From a virus: a DNA stretch of 36,211 nt. Shown piece by piece: positions 33,258-36,211 of the stretch. The position numbers and the translations under genes were made by a program. The stretch lies in IMG/VR virus record IMGVR_UViG_3300009177_000024. One strand, given 5' to 3'. The stretch's first letter is position 1. Each line of letters starts with the position of its first letter. The notes under the pieces were generated by a model. The model saw only the letters and a list, made by a program, of their open reading frames with translations, was not told the origin of the DNA and made no database searches.

Positions 33258-33422
33258 CTAAAACTCGATTTCTCCTGCGTCAAGCATTCGTTGATGCTCT
33301 TTCTGCTGTTCTTCAGTCAACTCTGGTCGCCAGATGTTCTTTGGCATGGGGAATAAGCGCTCCAAGTATTCGGCATGAAGCTGGCGCTTACGGGCTTCAT
33401 CGATTGGGAGGATCTGGATCAT
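33258..33422 (-). CDS. small protein, 54 aa (not in the ORF track)
   Basis: AGGTGA precedes the ATG. Translation: MIQILPIDEARKRQLHAEYLERLFPMPKNIWRPELTEEQQKEHQRMLDAGEIEF. Confidence 0.5.
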   Translation of the reverse strand: MIQILPIDEARKRQLHAEYLERLFPMPKNIWRPELTEEQQKEHQRMLDAGEIEF

Positions 33423-33565
33423 TGACTCACCTTTGCGGTGTTTTCCAGTTGCTGAAGTTTGGCAAGTCGTATGGCCTCGTCAAGAACTTTCAGCCAGACT
33501 GTTTTACTCACGATCACATTGTTGTCGATGTCTTTCTTTACTTGTTGTAGTTCAGTGAGTGTCAC
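33419..33565 (-). CDS. small protein, 48 aa, GTG start (not in the ORF track)
   Basis: GGAG lies 6 nt upstream of the GTG. ATGA-type overlap with the next gene. Confidence 0.45.
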   Translation of the reverse strand: MTLTELQQVKKDIDNNVIVSKTVWLKVLDEAIRLAKLQQLENTAKVSQ

Positions 33566-33818
33566 TTTCTTCTCCTATCTTCTTTTAGGGGTTAGCACAT
33601 CGTCTTGGAAGCCTCAGCGGCTGGTTGAGCGGGCTTTTGCATGAGGCTTTGTAGGCGAAAGACGGAAAAGCCTATACAGAGGCACTCTAGACAAACCATC
33701 ATGCTCACACAACCATAAGCAATACAGTTTCCATTTCAAAACAATCTTTGATGAAATCTTGCAATCGTGCAGGATGCAACTTCATAACTTTCACATCTAA
33801 CTTCTTAGGCCATTAAAT

Positions 33819-34034
33819 CTAATATGTATAAAGAAGTCGCTGGGCTTCGCAAAAGATTTCGTGTGAGTTCTGATCGAATCGCAGATTAGTCAGCGAGAAT
33901 GCCATCTGTGCTTCAGGCCCGAACTGCTCTTGATACTCGTTCCATGCGAACCAGCGTGCTAGGCAAAGGGCTTCATACCAATCGGCCTCAGTTTCATCCT
34001 GCACGCGATCCTGGCGCTCTTGAATCACGCCCAT
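33819..34034 (-). CDS. hypothetical acidic protein, 71 aa
   Basis: The ATG at 34034 overlaps the stop of the preceding small ORF. Confidence 0.5.
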   Translation of the reverse strand: MGVIQERQDRVQDETEADWYEALCLARWFAWNEYQEQFGPEAQMAFSLTNLRFDQNSHEIFCEAQRLLYTY

Positions 34035-34135
34035 GCCATCACCGCCCAGCCAAGAGCTGAGCCTCCGAGAATCAGCAGCAACAGCCAAGTCGGGCCATTA
34101 AGAAATGGCTTTGAAGTAGGAATACGCTTGATCAT
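34025..34135 (-). CDS. possible 36-aa single-TM peptide (not in the ORF track)
   Basis: Translation MIKRIPTSKPFLNGPTWLLLLILGGSALGWAVMAWA. Weak Shine-Dalgarno sequence. Confidence 0.35.
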   Translation of the reverse strand: MIKRIPTSKPFLNGPTWLLLLILGGSALGWAVMAWA

Positions 34136-34144
34136 GATCGATTC

Positions 34145-34873
34145 TCAATCGCAAAGGCTCAGGAATTCAACGCCTGGAGATTTCAACTCAATCAAAGCAT
34201 CCAAGCAAATTTTCGCGGCAGATTTCAGCACTTCCAAGCGAGCGGCATAGGCAGCGGCAGCGGCATCGGCAGCGGCAGCGGCATAGGCATAGGCAGCGGC
34301 ATCGGCATAGGCAGCGGCAGCGGCAGCGGCAGCGGCAGCGGCATAGGCAGCGGCATCGGCATAGGCATAGGCAGCGGCATCGGCATAGGCAGCGGTACGA
34401 ACCTTACGTGCCAAATCACGCGCATCTTGTGCTGCCTTTTTAGCTTCTGCCAAGTCTTTAGCCTCTTCACAAAGTACAGACTGAGCTTCAAACTCTTCCG
34501 CGAATTTTGGATTATGCTTTGCTGCGGCTCGCAAAGCGATTGGGATCAATTTCTGTACAGTCCCAAGGCAAACCAAATTCACGAAAGCTTTCTGATCAAT
34601 ACTATTGCTTCCGAGTTGTGCGATCGACAGACGGCGCAAAGTATCAGTGCGATCTTTATCAGTTGGCCATTTCGCATCATTCAGACGAATCATGTAAGCA
34701 CGAACAGCACTTCCAACGCAGGATGGCTGATCGCTATGATTCACGCCCATCGCGTAGCAAACAGCGGCCTCCACACACATGCTGCCAGGCTTTGCTTCAC
34801 CCAAGCCACCGACCAAGCCAGCATTCACAGTGTCCAGAACTTTGCTAGCGAACTCACGAGTAATTTCTTGCAT
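34145..34873 (-). CDS. first leftward gene: Cys-containing N-terminal domain plus a C-terminal (Ala-X)25 tract, X = Ala/Tyr/Asp
   Basis: GGAG lies 6 nt upstream of the ATG at 34873. The N-terminal ..GSMCVEAAVCYAMG...SDQPSCV...V..Y.I.LND..W motif resembles a widespread uncharacterised family that also carries Ala-rich aromatic/Asp repeats (memory only). Confidence 0.7.
   Translation of the reverse strand: MQEITREFASKVLDTVNAGLVGGLGEAKPGSMCVEAAVCYAMGVNHSDQPSCVGSAVRAYMIRLNDAKWPTDKDRTDTLRRLSIAQLGSNSIDQKAFVNLVCLGTVQKLIPIALRAAAKHNPKFAEEFEAQSVLCEEAKDLAEAKKAAQDARDLARKVRTAAYADAAAYAYADAAAYAAAAAAAAAAAYADAAAYAYAAAAADAAAAAYAARLEVLKSAAKICLDALIELKSPGVEFLSLCD
34241..34395 (-). repeat. About 25 tandem hexanucleotides of the form GCC-KMT on the coding strand (GGC-AKM on the plus strand)
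   Basis: Direct reading: the tract is built from GGCATA, GGCATC and GGCAGC units. Confidence 0.9.
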
Positions 34874-34919
34874 CTTCTTCTCCAGTAGTTGCAACGCAGG
34901 ATGCGCTGCTGATGGATGA

Positions 34920-34948
34920 AGAATAATCCAAAGAGATCAACGTGTCAA
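34920..34948 (-). promoter_or_regulatory. Candidate leftward early promoter
   Basis: The minus strand reads TTGACA, a 17-nt spacer, then TATTCT, about 45 nt upstream of the ATG at 34873. Confidence 0.5.
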
Positions 34949-34967
34949 CCGATCGAAGTCAACAAAA

Positions 34968-34985
34968 ATAACTTGCGCAAGTTAT
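34968..34985. promoter_or_regulatory. Perfect 18-bp palindrome ATAACTTGCGCAAGTTAT (operator candidate)
   Basis: Exact inverted repeat overlapping the -35 of the rightward promoter. Confidence 0.6.
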
Positions 34986-35001
34986 CTTCATAGACAATAA
35001 T
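34973..35001 (+). promoter_or_regulatory. Candidate rightward early promoter
   Basis: TTGCGC, a 17-nt spacer, then AATAAT, followed by the TAAGGAGA Shine-Dalgarno sequence and the ATG at 35026. Confidence 0.5.
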
Positions 35002-35025
35002 CTAGCCATCGATAAGGAGAACTAT

Positions 35026-35238
35026 ATGAGCAAACCAGTAGACATCCAAGAGGAAATGCGAGCATTCATCGCACGAAAGTACAAGACCCAGACAGAAGCA
35101 GCCAAGCATTGGGGGTGCTCTAAAGCATTCGTGTCCTATGTGGTCAACGGTGACCGCGAGCCGAACGAAAAGATGCTTGAAGATGCTGGCTTTGAAAAGG
35201 TCGAACGGCGGCCAGTCTACGTGAGGATTCGGAAATGA
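35026..35238 (+). CDS. Cro-like small HTH regulator, 70 aa
   Basis: First rightward gene. HTH-like TQTEAAKHWGCSKAFVSYVVNG. Confidence 0.65.
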   Translation: MSKPVDIQEEMRAFIARKYKTQTEAAKHWGCSKAFVSYVVNGDREPNEKMLEDAGFEKVERRPVYVRIRK

Positions 35239-35696
35239 GGCAACCATTCGAAAAGCGAACATTCATATTGCGATCGGTCGAAGTTCAGGGCCGATTGATT
35301 GAACTGATTCCCGCGCTTCCTTTGGACGATGAGAAGCCTCTGCGCATTGTGATCGATGATCCTCTTCCAAAGAAAAGTCGCGAGCAGGAGGAAAAATATC
35401 ACGCGATGATCGGCGATATTGCCAAGCAGTTTGAGCATTGCGGCAAGACTTGGTCAGCAGAAGACATGAAGCGTTTGCTCGTGGATCAATTCCGTCGAGA
35501 CACGTTCAAAGATCCGGACATTGCACAGCTCTGGCAATCGATGGATCAGGTTGAAATGGCGCCGTCTTTGGATGGCTCAGGAGTTGTTGTATTTGGAGTA
35601 CAGACAAGGAGATTCCCGGTGAAGTTAGCTGGAATCTTCATAGAGTGGCTATATGCCTTCGGAAGCGAACTTAACATTCAATGGAGTCAACCATGA
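35235..35696 (+). CDS. ninB: NinB/Orf-family recombination mediator
   Basis: Pattern ...P.KP..IVI.DP....S.EQ..KYHAMIGDIA.Q....G..W..ED.K......F.............G.G.VV.G.QT...........FIEWLYAFG.E..I.WS parallels lambda NinB. Confidence 0.8.
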   Translation: MRQPFEKRTFILRSVEVQGRLIELIPALPLDDEKPLRIVIDDPLPKKSREQEEKYHAMIGDIAKQFEHCGKTWSAEDMKRLLVDQFRRDTFKDPDIAQLWQSMDQVEMAPSLDGSGVVVFGVQTRRFPVKLAGIFIEWLYAFGSELNIQWSQP

Positions 35697-35932
35697 AACA
35701 CGATGCTCAAATGCTGGCAGCTATCGGCCAATGGAAAGAACGTTCTGAACCACGTCGAGTTGAAGACATTCTTGTATCACTCTTGCGCACAGATCCTGCG
35801 ATCCAGGCAATGGTGGCGAAATATTCGACATTGAATGCTTACGGCAGGCTTTGCGCTGTTCGTTTGGTTCAATCCATTCCTTCTGAAGCCGAATTGGAGA
35901 ATCTGCGAAATGACACTAGGAAGGAACTTTGA
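35693..35932 (+). CDS. hypothetical protein, 79 aa
   Basis: The ATG overlaps the ninB stop. Confidence 0.6.
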   Translation: MKHDAQMLAAIGQWKERSEPRRVEDILVSLLRTDPAIQAMVAKYSTLNAYGRLCAVRLVQSIPSEAELENLRNDTRKEL

Positions 35933-35935
35933 TCG

Positions 35936-36211
35936 ATGCGGCCAAGTGAGTTCAAGCCCATGAAGCCAGCGCCAAAGATCCGATCCAAAAAGTGCAAGGT
36001 CTGCCGGGAATATTTCACTCCGCGCTCCAGCTTTCATAAAGCGTGCGGCCCTGAATGCGCACAGGAATATGTAAAGCAGGAGAAGGCAAAGAAAGACCGC
36101 CAGGAGCGCCAGAAAGGGCTACAGGCGCTTAAAACGAAGCGAGACTATATCGCTGATGCCCAACGTGAATTTAATCGCGCTGTGCGCCTTCGGGATCAAT
36201 TAGCAGGCCAT
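35936..36211 (+). CDS. ninG: NinG/Rap-family endonuclease, N-terminal part (continues at nt 124 of the window after removal of the terminal duplicate)
   Basis: MRPSEFKPMKPAPKIRSKKCKVCREYFTPRSSFHKACGPECAQEY... carries the NinG zinc-ribbon-like N-terminus. The frame is continuous with 1..447 through the repeat. Confidence 0.85.
   Translation, partial: MRPSEFKPMKPAPKIRSKKCKVCREYFTPRSSFHKACGPECAQEYVKQEKAKKDRQERQKGLQALKTKRDYIADAQREFNRAVRLRDQLAGH
36089..36211. repeat. Terminal direct repeat, identical to 1..123
   Basis: Exact identity to the window start. Confidence 0.95.

Noticed and set aside
33759-34904. Shared motif TTGCAA-N(1-4)-GCAGGATGC at 33759-33777 and 34889-34904 as a repeated operator
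   Set aside because: Allowing variable spacing, a rough estimate gives about one such 15-position match by chance in a 36-kb genome. The two copies differ in spacing. It is kept only as a note until conservation or binding data exist.

Overview
The window is a complete, circularly closed dsDNA tailed-phage genome. The first 123 nt recur exactly at 36089..36211, so the unit length is 36,088 bp, and the cut point splits a ninG/rap-like gene. All calls come from reading the sequence and ORF translations and from remembered family motifs; no searches were run.

The layout is lambdoid. Back-to-back early promoters sit at about 34.92-35.00 kb, with an 18-bp perfect palindrome over the rightward -35.

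Rightward arm: a cro-like HTH gene, ninB, ninG and small ORFs. These are followed by a roughly 580-nt untranslated stretch holding a very long hairpin plus U7 terminator. Next come replication-module-like ORFs, a second terminator, and a Q-family antiterminator with a TTGACA-N17-CAAAAT promoter and a terminator just downstream.

Late operon (4.38-25.19 kb): small and large terminase, P22-type portal, a signal-peptide collagen-like protein, scaffold, a P22-coat-fold major capsid protein, adaptor, fibre, tail and ejection proteins, and a lysis cassette with a GH108 muramidase and a 3-TM holin.

Leftward arm (34.87 to 25.23 kb, minus strand): a Sak4-like ATPase, an SSB-like protein, a Gp157-like protein, a DUF551 protein, a Dam-type methyltransferase, a PAPS-reductase/DndC-like enzyme and many unknown genes. 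I recognised no tape-measure gene, integrase or CI-type repressor, so the phage looks podovirus-like and possibly virulent.

Most notable observations:
1. The capsid gene is interrupted by a 756-nt group I-type intron carrying an HNH endonuclease, and the splice junction can be predicted precisely.
2. Two early genes are built from perfect hexanucleotide arrays, encoding (Gly-X)35 and (Ala-X)25 tracts. X is restricted to members of the K-M-Y codon set Tyr/Asp/Ser/Ala.
3. Two tail/ejection genes are each split by a single in-frame stop. The UGA is followed by C and a two-tier hairpin; the UAA is followed by 55 codons with no start.
4. A secreted collagen-like gene sits inside the head-morphogenesis module.
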